Below are positions 1 to 8,979 of a DNA stretch of 64,000 nucleotides, piece after piece (the stretch's first letter is position 1; every line of letters begins with the position of its first letter). The notes below the pieces were generated by a model. That model was given only the letters and a program-made list of their open reading frames with translations, searched no databases and was not told the origin of the DNA. The DNA comes from a virus, in the IMG/VR virus record IMGVR_UViG_3300047650_000023; one strand, given 5' to 3'. The translations under genes and the position numbers were made by a program.

Positions 1-677
1 GTAGTGAAAATAATGTTTCTAAAGATATTATGGTATATTATTATTTAGCAAGAAAACGATGTTTAGATGATACTGTTAACATTTCAATAAAGAATCTAAT
101 TGAAACTATTGGTTATCAATACAATCCAAGAAAGAACAAATTAAATCTAGGTGTTAAAGATGTTTTATTTAGTTTTCAAAATAAAGATTGGATTGATATA
201 TTAAATCCTGAAAATCTAATAGGTAATCAATGTTGTACCATTAAGATAAACAATCAATATTGGGATACGCTAAAAGAATTTACTATGGCTTACATAAGTG
301 ATATTGAGAAAATTACCAAAAGTAAAATAGATACAGATATAACAATAACATTAATTGTTTATATATATTTACGTTATCATCTTAGAAAGAGATATGAAAA
401 TCAGAGTATTGAATTTAGCCCATCGGTTTGTATTAGGACATTTAATGCAATTGCAGATGATATTGGAATTCACTATCATACAGTTTCTAAAATTATTGAT
501 AATCTTGTAAAATTAGATTTAATTATGGTTCAAAAGACAGGAAAATATAAATGTGTTGATGGATCATATAAAACAGGAGCTACTATATTTACAAATACAG
601 ATGAATATGGATATAATCCCAAAGAAGAATTAAAATACGGAATGGAAATACTAAGAAATTTTAAAGGTAATTTATAA
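1..677 (+). CDS. 5'-truncated replication-initiator-like / winged-HTH DNA-binding protein
   Basis: The frame is open from position 3 through the ATG at 30, so the gene probably starts before the window. The C-terminus has a wHTH-like motif (IADDIGIHYHTVSKIIDNLVKLDLI). Confidence 0.45.
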   Translation, partial: SENNVSKDIMVYYYLARKRCLDDTVNISIKNLIETIGYQYNPRKNKLNLGVKDVLFSFQNKDWIDILNPENLIGNQCCTIKINNQYWDTLKEFTMAYISDIEKITKSKIDTDITITLIVYIYLRYHLRKRYENQSIEFSPSVCIRTFNAIADDIGIHYHTVSKIIDNLVKLDLIMVQKTGKYKCVDGSYKTGATIFTNTDEYGYNPKEELKYGMEILRNFKGNL

Positions 678-701
678 TCACAATAAATTAATAAAGGAGA
701 T

Positions 702-1604
702 TTGATATTATTGAATTGTATAGCAGGAATTTATAAAATAATAAATAAACAGAATAATAAGATGTATATTGGTGAAACTGAAGATGTTTCAAGAAGATGG
801 GTAGAACATTTAACTGATTTAGTATCTAATGAGCATTGTAATAAAAAGCTACAAGATGATTTTAATAAATATGGTATTAAGAATTTTTTGTTTGAAGTTA
901 TTGAATCTATCATAATAGATAATAATGATAATTCCAATGTATCAGTATTTAAATTGAAAATGACATTACTTTGTAGAGAAACATTTTACATAAGAAAATA
1001 TAATACTATTGAAGACGGATATAATATAGTTGATTCAATAAAAGAAACTTTAACAAATAAATGTGATATATTTTATAGAAATAGAACACAAAGTATAGAA
1101 ACGTCTTTTATGATTAGAAATTTCTTAAAAAATAATTTTAAATTATTAAATAGTGAAAGTGCTATTATAACAAATGAAGATATTTTAATAAAAGAAAAAG
1201 TCAAAAATATAAATGCAAATAAACCAAAAATAAAAGAAACTAAAAAAATCACAGATATAATTATTAAAAAATCTAAAAATAAAAAAGACAAAAATGAATA
1301 TTTTAGAGATATTGGATGCTTAGGAATGAATGAAATTTATACATTAGCAAAAGAAAATAAATTAATTAGTGATATAATGAAAATATCTGAATTTAGAATG
1401 ATACTTCAAGATAATAATATTATTCATTTTGAAAATGGATCATGGCATACTACTCAATCATCCTTAGATAATAAATTAATTTTATTAGGGGATTTAAAAA
1501 ATAATAAAGATAAATTTACATATAATCAATTATGGTTTACGCCTAATGGAATAAAAGTAATTAATAGTATCTTTAATATCAATAAAGGAAGTGATGTAAT
1601 TTGA
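702..1604 (+). CDS. GIY-YIG endonuclease fused to a C-terminal KilA-C/antirepressor-like domain
   Basis: N-terminal GIYKIINKQNNKMYIGETEDVSRRWVEH is a GIY-YIG motif. The C-terminus (...YNQLWFTPNGIKVI) resembles the KilA-C (ANT) domain. SD AAGGAG precedes the TTG start. Confidence 0.75.
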   Translation: MILLNCIAGIYKIINKQNNKMYIGETEDVSRRWVEHLTDLVSNEHCNKKLQDDFNKYGIKNFLFEVIESIIIDNNDNSNVSVFKLKMTLLCRETFYIRKYNTIEDGYNIVDSIKETLTNKCDIFYRNRTQSIETSFMIRNFLKNNFKLLNSESAIITNEDILIKEKVKNINANKPKIKETKKITDIIIKKSKNKKDKNEYFRDIGCLGMNEIYTLAKENKLISDIMKISEFRMILQDNNIIHFENGSWHTTQSSLDNKLILLGDLKNNKDKFTYNQLWFTPNGIKVINSIFNINKGSDVI

Positions 1605-1724
1605 ATGTTTTGATACATATCTCCCATATCACAAAGTGCATGGACAAGACTTTAATATAAGAGAACGTAATTACACCATAAAAATAAAAATGCCTATACA
1701 ACGGCAGAAAGAGGTTTAATAACA

Positions 1725-2114
1725 ATGCTAAATAGAGAACAACAATTGGAAGTAGCAAGAGCAACAAGTCAACGTGAATCGGAGAGTGATACATTTAAGA
1801 AATTGACTATGGAAGAGAAGGAGACACATTATTTCACTACAGATGTAGATAAAGAGTGGTTTGCAGAATCTTCAATTCCAAAAGATATACATAGATTTGA
1901 GAAATGTAATTGGACTCTTGTAGATACTACAAATTATCCAGATGGTACGGTTATGAAGAAAAGATTTAAAGCACCAAGAAATTGTCTTACACCAAGAACT
2001 TATGTTGTCGATAAACCAAAGAGAGAACGTCCACCAATGACAGAAGAACATAAAGCTAAATTGTTTGCAGCAAGAAATAATAAGAAAAGTGAAAAAGTAA
2101 ATAGTGAGGATTAA
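1725..2114 (+). CDS. hypothetical phage protein
   Basis: 129-aa ORF with SD GAGG; overlaps the next gene at TAATG. Confidence 0.7.
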   Translation: MLNREQQLEVARATSQRESESDTFKKLTMEEKETHYFTTDVDKEWFAESSIPKDIHRFEKCNWTLVDTTNYPDGTVMKKRFKAPRNCLTPRTYVVDKPKRERPPMTEEHKAKLFAARNNKKSEKVNSED

Positions 2115-2527
2115 TGACAAATAAGAATATTCGATATTTTGAACTTGCTAAAGAAGTTTCTAAACTTTCGGATTTTCATAGTCATCATATTGGATGCATT
2201 ATTACATACGGGCATCATATTATAAGTACCGCTTATAATACAAACAAGTCTTCACCTCTTCAAGCAAAATATAATAAATATTGTGGACTAGATGAGAATA
2301 ATATTAATCATAAGATGCATGGTGAAATATATGCTCTTTCAAAAATTAAGGATTTAGATAATATTGATTGTAATAAGATAGATATTTATATTTGGCGTGA
2401 ACATAAAGATGGTATTAGAGCATTATCAAGACCATGCAATGCTTGCATGTCAATGATTAAAGATAATGGCATAAAGAATATTTATTACACTGGCGAAGAT
2501 TCTTATATCTATGAAAAATTAGCGTAA
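2114..2527 (+). CDS. zinc-dependent cytidine/dCMP deaminase-superfamily protein
   Basis: HGE...RPCNAC zinc-binding motif (HxE...PCxxC) and N-terminal HHIGCII. Confidence 0.85.
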   Translation: MTNKNIRYFELAKEVSKLSDFHSHHIGCIITYGHHIISTAYNTNKSSPLQAKYNKYCGLDENNINHKMHGEIYALSKIKDLDNIDCNKIDIYIWREHKDGIRALSRPCNACMSMIKDNGIKNIYYTGEDSYIYEKLA

Positions 2528-2625
2528 TTACAATAAACTAAATAATAAACAACAAACTTATTTCTAAAAGTAGAAAGGTGTGTTGAAAATTAAAATAATA
2601 ATTAAAATAAGAAAGAGGATTATTA

Positions 2626-2958
2626 ATGATAAACAGAAATATAGGAGATTCAAGAGTTAATGGAGTTAGTAGAAATACATATGGTGAGAATAAAGAATTA
2701 AATTGTAAGGATTGTTTATGGATAGATAGTTGCGAAAAACAACTACGACATGAAGTTAATATAGCTGAAACAGCTAGTGGCGTAGATAGTGAACTAGAAG
2801 ATATGTATGGTTGCGAAGAATTTTTAAATGCAAATTATGATAGTAATTTTTTAGAATTAAAGGATATCAATATAGATGAGTATATTGAGAATAATAGGCA
2901 AGATTATATTAATGATCATAGAAATGATTATTATACATACACAAGGGAGTTTAATTAA
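2626..2958 (+). CDS. hypothetical protein
   Basis: 110-aa ORF with SD GAGGA. Confidence 0.65.
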   Translation: MINRNIGDSRVNGVSRNTYGENKELNCKDCLWIDSCEKQLRHEVNIAETASGVDSELEDMYGCEEFLNANYDSNFLELKDINIDEYIENNRQDYINDHRNDYYTYTREFN

Positions 2959-2961
2959 TGT

Positions 2962-3138
2962 ATGGATACTGATAATTTTACAGAAAGTGAATTAATAACT
3001 ATCGTAACATCTTTAGATTTAGGTGAAAGTCAAGTAAAGTTTCAAGAAAGGATGTTTGGAGTAGACTTTAGTAATTATGAAACAGATAGGAAAAATATAA
3101 TAAGAAAGATTAATAATTATAAATGTCAACAAGTGTAA
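2962..3138 (+). CDS. small hypothetical protein (58 aa, not in ORF track)
   Basis: ATG at 2962 reads MDTDNFTESELITIV...KCQQV to TAA; GGGAG lies upstream. Confidence 0.5.
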   Translation: MDTDNFTESELITIVTSLDLGESQVKFQERMFGVDFSNYETDRKNIIRKINNYKCQQV

Positions 3139-3196
3139 ACCAAAGATAGGTTTTATTGGATATTTAGAAATAAAAATAAAAAATTAAGAAAGAGAA

Positions 3197-3520
3197 ATGA
3201 AAGTAATGAGTTATTATTTAACAGTTGATTATGAAGATTTTAAACCTAAGACTTATAACGGCTTAAGTATTTATAAGAGTAATTATAATAGTAAATCAGA
3301 AAAAATAGTTTCAGTAAACACAGGTATTTTAGAAGATGATGAAGATATTGCATTGGATAAACTATACGATTTAGTTGGAGAAGTTCAAGTACAATATTTA
3401 AGTTCTTATGATAATTATCTTGATGATTTATATCCTTGTAAAATTTCTCAAAAAATAAGAAATAAATTAGTATTTACTATTATTAAGATTAAAAATGTAT
3501 TTAAAAGAAAGGTAGTGTAA
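3197..3520 (+). CDS. hypothetical protein
   Basis: 107-aa ORF with purine-rich SD. Confidence 0.6.
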   Translation: MKVMSYYLTVDYEDFKPKTYNGLSIYKSNYNSKSEKIVSVNTGILEDDEDIALDKLYDLVGEVQVQYLSSYDNYLDDLYPCKISQKIRNKLVFTIIKIKNVFKRKVV

Positions 3521-3531
3521 ATGAATAATAT

Positions 3532-4599
3532 ATGGGAAAGCAAATTTATAATTTAAAAATTGATGAGGAGCTAAGAGATTTACTTCCATCTCTAGCCGAA
3601 GATGAGTTTAAACAACTTGAAGAAAATTTAATTAAAGATGGTTGTCAAAGTCCTTTATTTGTGTGGAAAGGTTATATCGCAGATGGTCATAATCGTTATA
3701 AAATTTGTACTAAACATAAAATACCTTTTGAAATTGTAAATTTAGGTTATGAAGATAAATCAGATGTTATGCGCTGGATGATTGATACTCAAATAGGTAG
3801 ACGTAATCTTGAACCTATTCAACGTATTCAGATATCTGAAAAATATAGACCTATATTTGAGATGAAAGCAAAAGAAAATAAAGAAAAGGCGATACAAAAA
3901 GCAAGAGAGTATAATCCTAATAATTGTAATGAACAGTTTTCGCAGAAATCTGCGGAATCAGTTAAACCGATAGATACTCGTGATGAAATGGCAAAGTTAG
4001 CTGGGGTATCCCATGATACATATAATAAAGGGCGTACAATTCTTAAATCTGATAATGAAGATGTTAAGAAAAAAGTTTTAAGTGGCGAAATGAGTATTAA
4101 TGCAGGTTATAATGTTATCAAGCCAAAAGAAACTAAGATTTTTCAGAAAGAAGAAAGAAAGCAAGAATCAATTCAAAAGACTAATAAGGTATGTAAGAAG
4201 TGTAGTGTCGAAAAAAATTTATCGGAATTTGAAAACAATAATGATTTTTGTAAAGAATGTGTTTCGCATTTATATGAAATACCAAAGCAACAAAATAATA
4301 AAGAGAAAGAAAATAGTTATTATCAAGATGATATTACTAAAAATCTCAAAACTGAAAAACTCGCAAAAGATTATTTGAATGTAGATGCGGAAGTTAATTG
4401 TGCTTGTGATGAAATATTAAATCAAATTGATTTAAGTATTAATCGTATTTTTGAATCTGATATGGAAGTATCAAGAAATATGACTTTTAATAATAAAGTT
4501 TTTATGTGTAATAAAATTGATGAGATGATTAATAAGTTAAATGGTTTTAAATATAAAATTAAAAATATAAAAATTGAAGGAAAAAATATTAATGAATAA
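3532..4599 (+). CDS. ParB/Srx N-terminal domain protein with HTH
   Basis: YIADGHNRYKIC ParB-type motif, HTH DEMAKLAGVSHDTYNK and a CxxC...CxxC module. Confidence 0.75.
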   Translation: MGKQIYNLKIDEELRDLLPSLAEDEFKQLEENLIKDGCQSPLFVWKGYIADGHNRYKICTKHKIPFEIVNLGYEDKSDVMRWMIDTQIGRRNLEPIQRIQISEKYRPIFEMKAKENKEKAIQKAREYNPNNCNEQFSQKSAESVKPIDTRDEMAKLAGVSHDTYNKGRTILKSDNEDVKKKVLSGEMSINAGYNVIKPKETKIFQKEERKQESIQKTNKVCKKCSVEKNLSEFENNNDFCKECVSHLYEIPKQQNNKEKENSYYQDDITKNLKTEKLAKDYLNVDAEVNCACDEILNQIDLSINRIFESDMEVSRNMTFNNKVFMCNKIDEMINKLNGFKYKIKNIKIEGKNINE

Positions 4600-5392
4600 A
4601 AATGTTACTTATACTGATGGAAAATTAAATGTATATACTTTACATTCAGCCCTAAATTGTCAGAGATCAATTGATGAAAAACATGTTAAAGAAATTTATG
4701 ATATTTGGAATGATGGTAGTGTAGAACCAATTAGAATTAGTCAAAGAAATGGAGAAAATAGAATTGTAGATGGACAACATACAGTTAAGGCGTGGATAAA
4801 AAGAATTGAAAATGGGTTATGTGATGATGTTATGATAAAATGCATTATTGCTCATAATATGAATAATGACGATGAAAATGAATGGTTTGCTATTGAGGCA
4901 AAGAAAAGTAAAGGTCAGTCATGTAAAAGTGTATATGAAGCGAGAGTTTTATCTAAAAATGATAATTCTATTAATTCTTTAATTACAGATTTACAGGAAT
5001 CAAATCTTTTCATTAAGGTTTTTGTACCAAGTGGGAATAATGTAATTGAAGCAATTGATACTGTTGAAAAAATTCATAACAATATGAATAAAGATGAATT
5101 TATTAAATGCTTTATCATATTACAGAAAACTTGGTGTGGAGATATAGAGTCATTAAGGGCATCATTTATAAAAGGAATGGTTAAATTTTATAATACATAT
5201 AATTATGCTTTTGATGATAAAAGATTTATTATGGCATTATCAAAAATCTCTGCAAAAACGATTAAAGATGAAGCTGATTCTGATAAAATTACTAAAGATA
5301 TCGGAATTAAGTATGCAAGAATTTTGAATATGTATTATAACAAAAGACTTGGAAAAGGAAGACAATTAAAAATTAGTAAATTGGAAGATTAA
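4592..5392 (+). CDS. ParB-like nuclease-domain protein (DUF6551-like)
   Basis: CQRSID...EPIRIS...IVDGQHT motif set; likely start is the ATG at 4592. Confidence 0.7.
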   Translation: MNKNVTYTDGKLNVYTLHSALNCQRSIDEKHVKEIYDIWNDGSVEPIRISQRNGENRIVDGQHTVKAWIKRIENGLCDDVMIKCIIAHNMNNDDENEWFAIEAKKSKGQSCKSVYEARVLSKNDNSINSLITDLQESNLFIKVFVPSGNNVIEAIDTVEKIHNNMNKDEFIKCFIILQKTWCGDIESLRASFIKGMVKFYNTYNYAFDDKRFIMALSKISAKTIKDEADSDKITKDIGIKYARILNMYYNKRLGKGRQLKISKLED

Positions 5393-5400
5393 TTTTTTTG

Positions 5401-5447
5401 TTAATTTATAATCCACTCATCGTAGTGGTGAATGGATTATAAATTAA
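5401..5447. repeat. perfect 15-bp inverted repeat upstream of the RNA polymerase gene
   Basis: TTAATTTATAATCCA (5401-5415) and TGGATTATAAATTAA (5433-5447), with a 17-nt spacer. Confidence 0.9.
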
Positions 5448-5484
5448 ATAGAATAGGAGGTATAAAGTTATAGCTAAACAATTA

Positions 5485-8220
5485 ATGTGTCAAAAGTTTA
5501 TTTATAAAATACATAGTGCTAGATTAAGAGATAATAAATGGAAATTAACATTACCTATTTATGAAGCAAGAAAAAATGATGAGATAATTGCTTTAGCAGA
5601 TAGTTCTACATTGAGATTTATTGATAAACTGAATAACATTACAGATTCAGAATTTAAATGCAAACAAATAAAAAAGGAATTAAGTGTTATTAAGAATCAA
5701 CCTAAATCAAAATCAAACAGAGATAAGATTCGTAAATTATATTCTGATCTTGATGCAATCCAATTTAAACCAGATTATATGTGTTTAATTATTGATAAAA
5801 ATTCAGATTATAATAGAGCAAAAAAAGGTTTTTATATTAACGGAATTAGATATCATAGATATGTTGGTACTCCTAATGGGGTAAAAAATGAAACTATTGT
5901 ATTTGTAAGTGATAGACATTATTCTGAATTAAGTAAACATATTGAGAACGGTAGAAATCCTAATGTTGAATTAGTACCTGCTAAATTTGAAGCATATAAA
6001 GCATTAGATTGTAGTGCGTCAATTCTAGTATCTAATCCTAAAGGCGTATTAGTTGTTGATGATTGTATTACTCATTTTAAATCCGATACTATACATATTG
6101 ACGATACAAATGATGGAGAACCACAATTATTTACTGTAAAAGATGATGATGTGGAATTATCGGATAGCGATGGATATGGGCTTATACTTCCCTCTTTAAG
6201 TTTACAATGGAATAAAGATATTGGAGAAAAAGAACCATATATAAGTAGTGGTTACTGTGTGAGAAATTCTTTTTGCAAGGGAATGGTTTTTTGCTTTGAC
6301 TTCATAAGGTTTGCGTATGAAGTTGCCGGAACCGATATAGTATGTGATGCTTGGGAAAATTGGCATAACATAAATGATATTGAAATAATTTTAACCACAT
6401 CTATGCTTAAACTTTGGGATAGTTATGATAGTATTGAAGATTATTTGTCTAAGTGTGAAAAGAATGGACATGGTTTTAGTATAACTAAATGCTGTCCCAA
6501 AGAGTTAGAGAATGAACGTAATTTAAACTATCAATTTATTCAAAGTTATAATTTTACCGATCAACAAATTCAAGGATTAATTCAACCGACAATTGATGAA
6601 ATAAAAGATGTTTTAGGTGGAGATTATTATAAAAGTCTTTTATTTTTAAAAGGTATTTATTTAAATGACGATAATGTAAATGCATTAGATTGTGATTTCG
6701 CTAAAGCTCTAATGATTGATAAAAGAATGATTAATGACCCATTCGTAAGAACCAGAATTTATCAAATGATTAAAAAGCGAATTACAGAAGCAAAAGTCGG
6801 CGTTATTAAAGTACATTCAAATTTTTCAATTGTTAGTGGTGATCCTTATTCTTTATGTCAACATATATTTGAATTAGAAGTAACAGGTTTATTAAAATCT
6901 GGTCAGGCATATTCAAAATATTGGTTAGATAAAGAGGTAGATAAAGTTGCTTGTTTTCGTGCGCCGATGACTTGTCATAACAATATCAGAATTTTAAATA
7001 TTACTGCGACAGATGAAATGATAGACTGGTATCAATATATGACTACTTGTACTATATTTAATTCATGGGATACTGTCGCTCATGCCCTTAACGGATTAGA
7101 TAAAGATTCTGATCAAATCTTAACCACAGACAACAAATACATTATAGAAAATGTACGAAATTTGCCAGCAATTATGTGTATTCAACGTAGAGCAAAAAAG
7201 AAAATTGTCACAGAAGATGATTTAGTTAAAGCAAATATTAATAGCTTTGGAGATGAAATTGGCTCAACCACTAATAGGATTACAAGTATGATTGAAGTTC
7301 AATCTCAGTTTTCTGCTGATAGCGAAGAATATAAAGTTTTAGATTATCGTATTAGATGCGGACAATTATTTCAGCAAAACGCTATTGATAAAACGAAGGG
7401 TATAATAGCAAAACCTATGCCTAAAGAATGGTTTAATAGAGATTCTAACAAAATACGTCCAGAAGATAATGAAGAAACTATTAAATTAAAAAAGTTTAAT
7501 CAATCAATTGTTGCAGATAAGAAGCCATATTTTATGTGTTATATATATCCTCAAGATATGACTAAATATAAAAAATACATAGCTAATACTAATCGTAAGG
7601 CTCTTCGTGAATTTAGAATTACAATGCAAGAATTATTTGATAAACCTAACAAAACAAAACGTGAGAAAGAATTTATTAATTATTATTATCAGAGGATGCC
7701 AGTAGGTATTAGTAAATGCGTTGTAAACAGAATTTGTTGGATTTTTGAAAAAGAATTTGATGGATATTTATCTAAAGAATTAGCTAATGTTGATTTTGAT
7801 TATAATATTTTAAAACATAATGTTGGATATAATCAAAAGACTTTTAATGATATAAAAAATATTTATGATTTATATATTAATAAACTTCAAGATTATAGAC
7901 AGTTAGTAAAACGTGAGCATATTGATTCTGACGAAGCTACAGTTGCTCGTGATGTATTAAAACAAGATTTTAAAAAAGAATGCGAAAAGATTTGTTCTAA
8001 ACAATATGAATTATGTGATATTGTTTTAGATATATGTTATCAAGATAATAGATCTAAACAATTTGCTTGGGATGTATGTGGAGATGTGATTATTGAAAAG
8101 TTATTAAAAGAAAATAATAATACAATTATGTATCCTGAGTTAGATGAAAATGGTACAATTGAATATGGTGGTAATTGGTTTACTATGCGTTCAAAACAAA
8201 TAGGAGGTGATTTAGATTGA
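5485..8220 (+). CDS. yonO: YonO-like single-subunit DNA-dependent RNA polymerase (RdRP/QDE-1 fold)
   Basis: 911 aa with motifs DSDGYG, KGMV, GDPY, FRAPMT, ALNGLDKDSD (three catalytic Asp), IGSTTN and QNAIDKTKG. Position relative to yonK/hup/terminase matches SPbeta. Confidence 0.9.
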   Translation: MCQKFIYKIHSARLRDNKWKLTLPIYEARKNDEIIALADSSTLRFIDKLNNITDSEFKCKQIKKELSVIKNQPKSKSNRDKIRKLYSDLDAIQFKPDYMCLIIDKNSDYNRAKKGFYINGIRYHRYVGTPNGVKNETIVFVSDRHYSELSKHIENGRNPNVELVPAKFEAYKALDCSASILVSNPKGVLVVDDCITHFKSDTIHIDDTNDGEPQLFTVKDDDVELSDSDGYGLILPSLSLQWNKDIGEKEPYISSGYCVRNSFCKGMVFCFDFIRFAYEVAGTDIVCDAWENWHNINDIEIILTTSMLKLWDSYDSIEDYLSKCEKNGHGFSITKCCPKELENERNLNYQFIQSYNFTDQQIQGLIQPTIDEIKDVLGGDYYKSLLFLKGIYLNDDNVNALDCDFAKALMIDKRMINDPFVRTRIYQMIKKRITEAKVGVIKVHSNFSIVSGDPYSLCQHIFELEVTGLLKSGQAYSKYWLDKEVDKVACFRAPMTCHNNIRILNITATDEMIDWYQYMTTCTIFNSWDTVAHALNGLDKDSDQILTTDNKYIIENVRNLPAIMCIQRRAKKKIVTEDDLVKANINSFGDEIGSTTNRITSMIEVQSQFSADSEEYKVLDYRIRCGQLFQQNAIDKTKGIIAKPMPKEWFNRDSNKIRPEDNEETIKLKKFNQSIVADKKPYFMCYIYPQDMTKYKKYIANTNRKALREFRITMQELFDKPNKTKREKEFINYYYQRMPVGISKCVVNRICWIFEKEFDGYLSKELANVDFDYNILKHNVGYNQKTFNDIKNIYDLYINKLQDYRQLVKREHIDSDEATVARDVLKQDFKKECEKICSKQYELCDIVLDICYQDNRSKQFAWDVCGDVIIEKLLKENNNTIMYPELDENGTIEYGGNWFTMRSKQIGGDLD

Positions 8221-8963
8221 GTATAATTTTAAATGAGCGTGAGTATGCTGAGAATTCAATTAGTACAGGATATATAAATAATAATAAACCTTCAGAAACA
8301 CTTAGTATTTTAGCAAAATATTATTACTCTGAAGGTAGAAATCAAAAGGAAATATATAAGTTACTTGAAGATTTTATGATTAAAAATTATAAAAACTTTA
8401 ATCCTGTCAAATGGAGTATTACAATTAATAAGCAAATTAAACAAGTGGAAAAATATCATTTAATTGAAGTGAATGGTGTTTGGATAACGCAAAATGAATT
8501 AGATACTATATTACAAATTAAGAATAAAATTTTAGAAAAATTGGCGTTTACAATATTATGTTTAGCTAAATTAAGTAATCGAATTAATCCCAATAATAAA
8601 GATTGGGTTAATCGTGAGGATAAAGTAATATTTAAACTTGCTAGAATTGCTTGTACGATTAAAAAGCAGAGTTTATACATAAATGATTTAAAAACTTTAG
8701 GATTGATTGAATATAGTAAAAAAATTGATAATGTAAACACTAATGTTTTATTTGTAGATGAAGATAGTGAAAGAGTTTTATTTATAAATGACTTTAGAGA
8801 ATTGGGTTATGAATATCTATTTTGGAAAGGAGAAAAGTTTTTTAGATGTGGCGAGTGTGGTGTTCTAAGAAGAAAAAATACTAATAATCAAAAGTATTGT
8901 AAGGATTGTGGTGAAGGAATAAATAAATTAAAAAGCCTTGATAAGTATTATCAAAATAAATGA
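8217..8963 (+). CDS. conserved hypothetical protein coupled to the RNAP gene, C-terminal zinc ribbon
   Basis: Overlaps the yonO stop (TTGA); C-terminal CGECG...YCKDC. Confidence 0.7.
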   Translation: MSIILNEREYAENSISTGYINNNKPSETLSILAKYYYSEGRNQKEIYKLLEDFMIKNYKNFNPVKWSITINKQIKQVEKYHLIEVNGVWITQNELDTILQIKNKILEKLAFTILCLAKLSNRINPNNKDWVNREDKVIFKLARIACTIKKQSLYINDLKTLGLIEYSKKIDNVNTNVLFVDEDSERVLFINDFRELGYEYLFWKGEKFFRCGECGVLRRKNTNNQKYCKDCGEGINKLKSLDKYYQNK

Positions 8964-8979
8964 TTTTTGATTCAGAAAA

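Noticed and set aside
5485-8220. RNA-dependent RNA polymerase implying an RNA virus or RNAi system
   Set aside because: The fold is shared, but the context (terminase, portal, yonK, HU) matches the DNA-dependent YonO polymerase of SPbeta-like phages.
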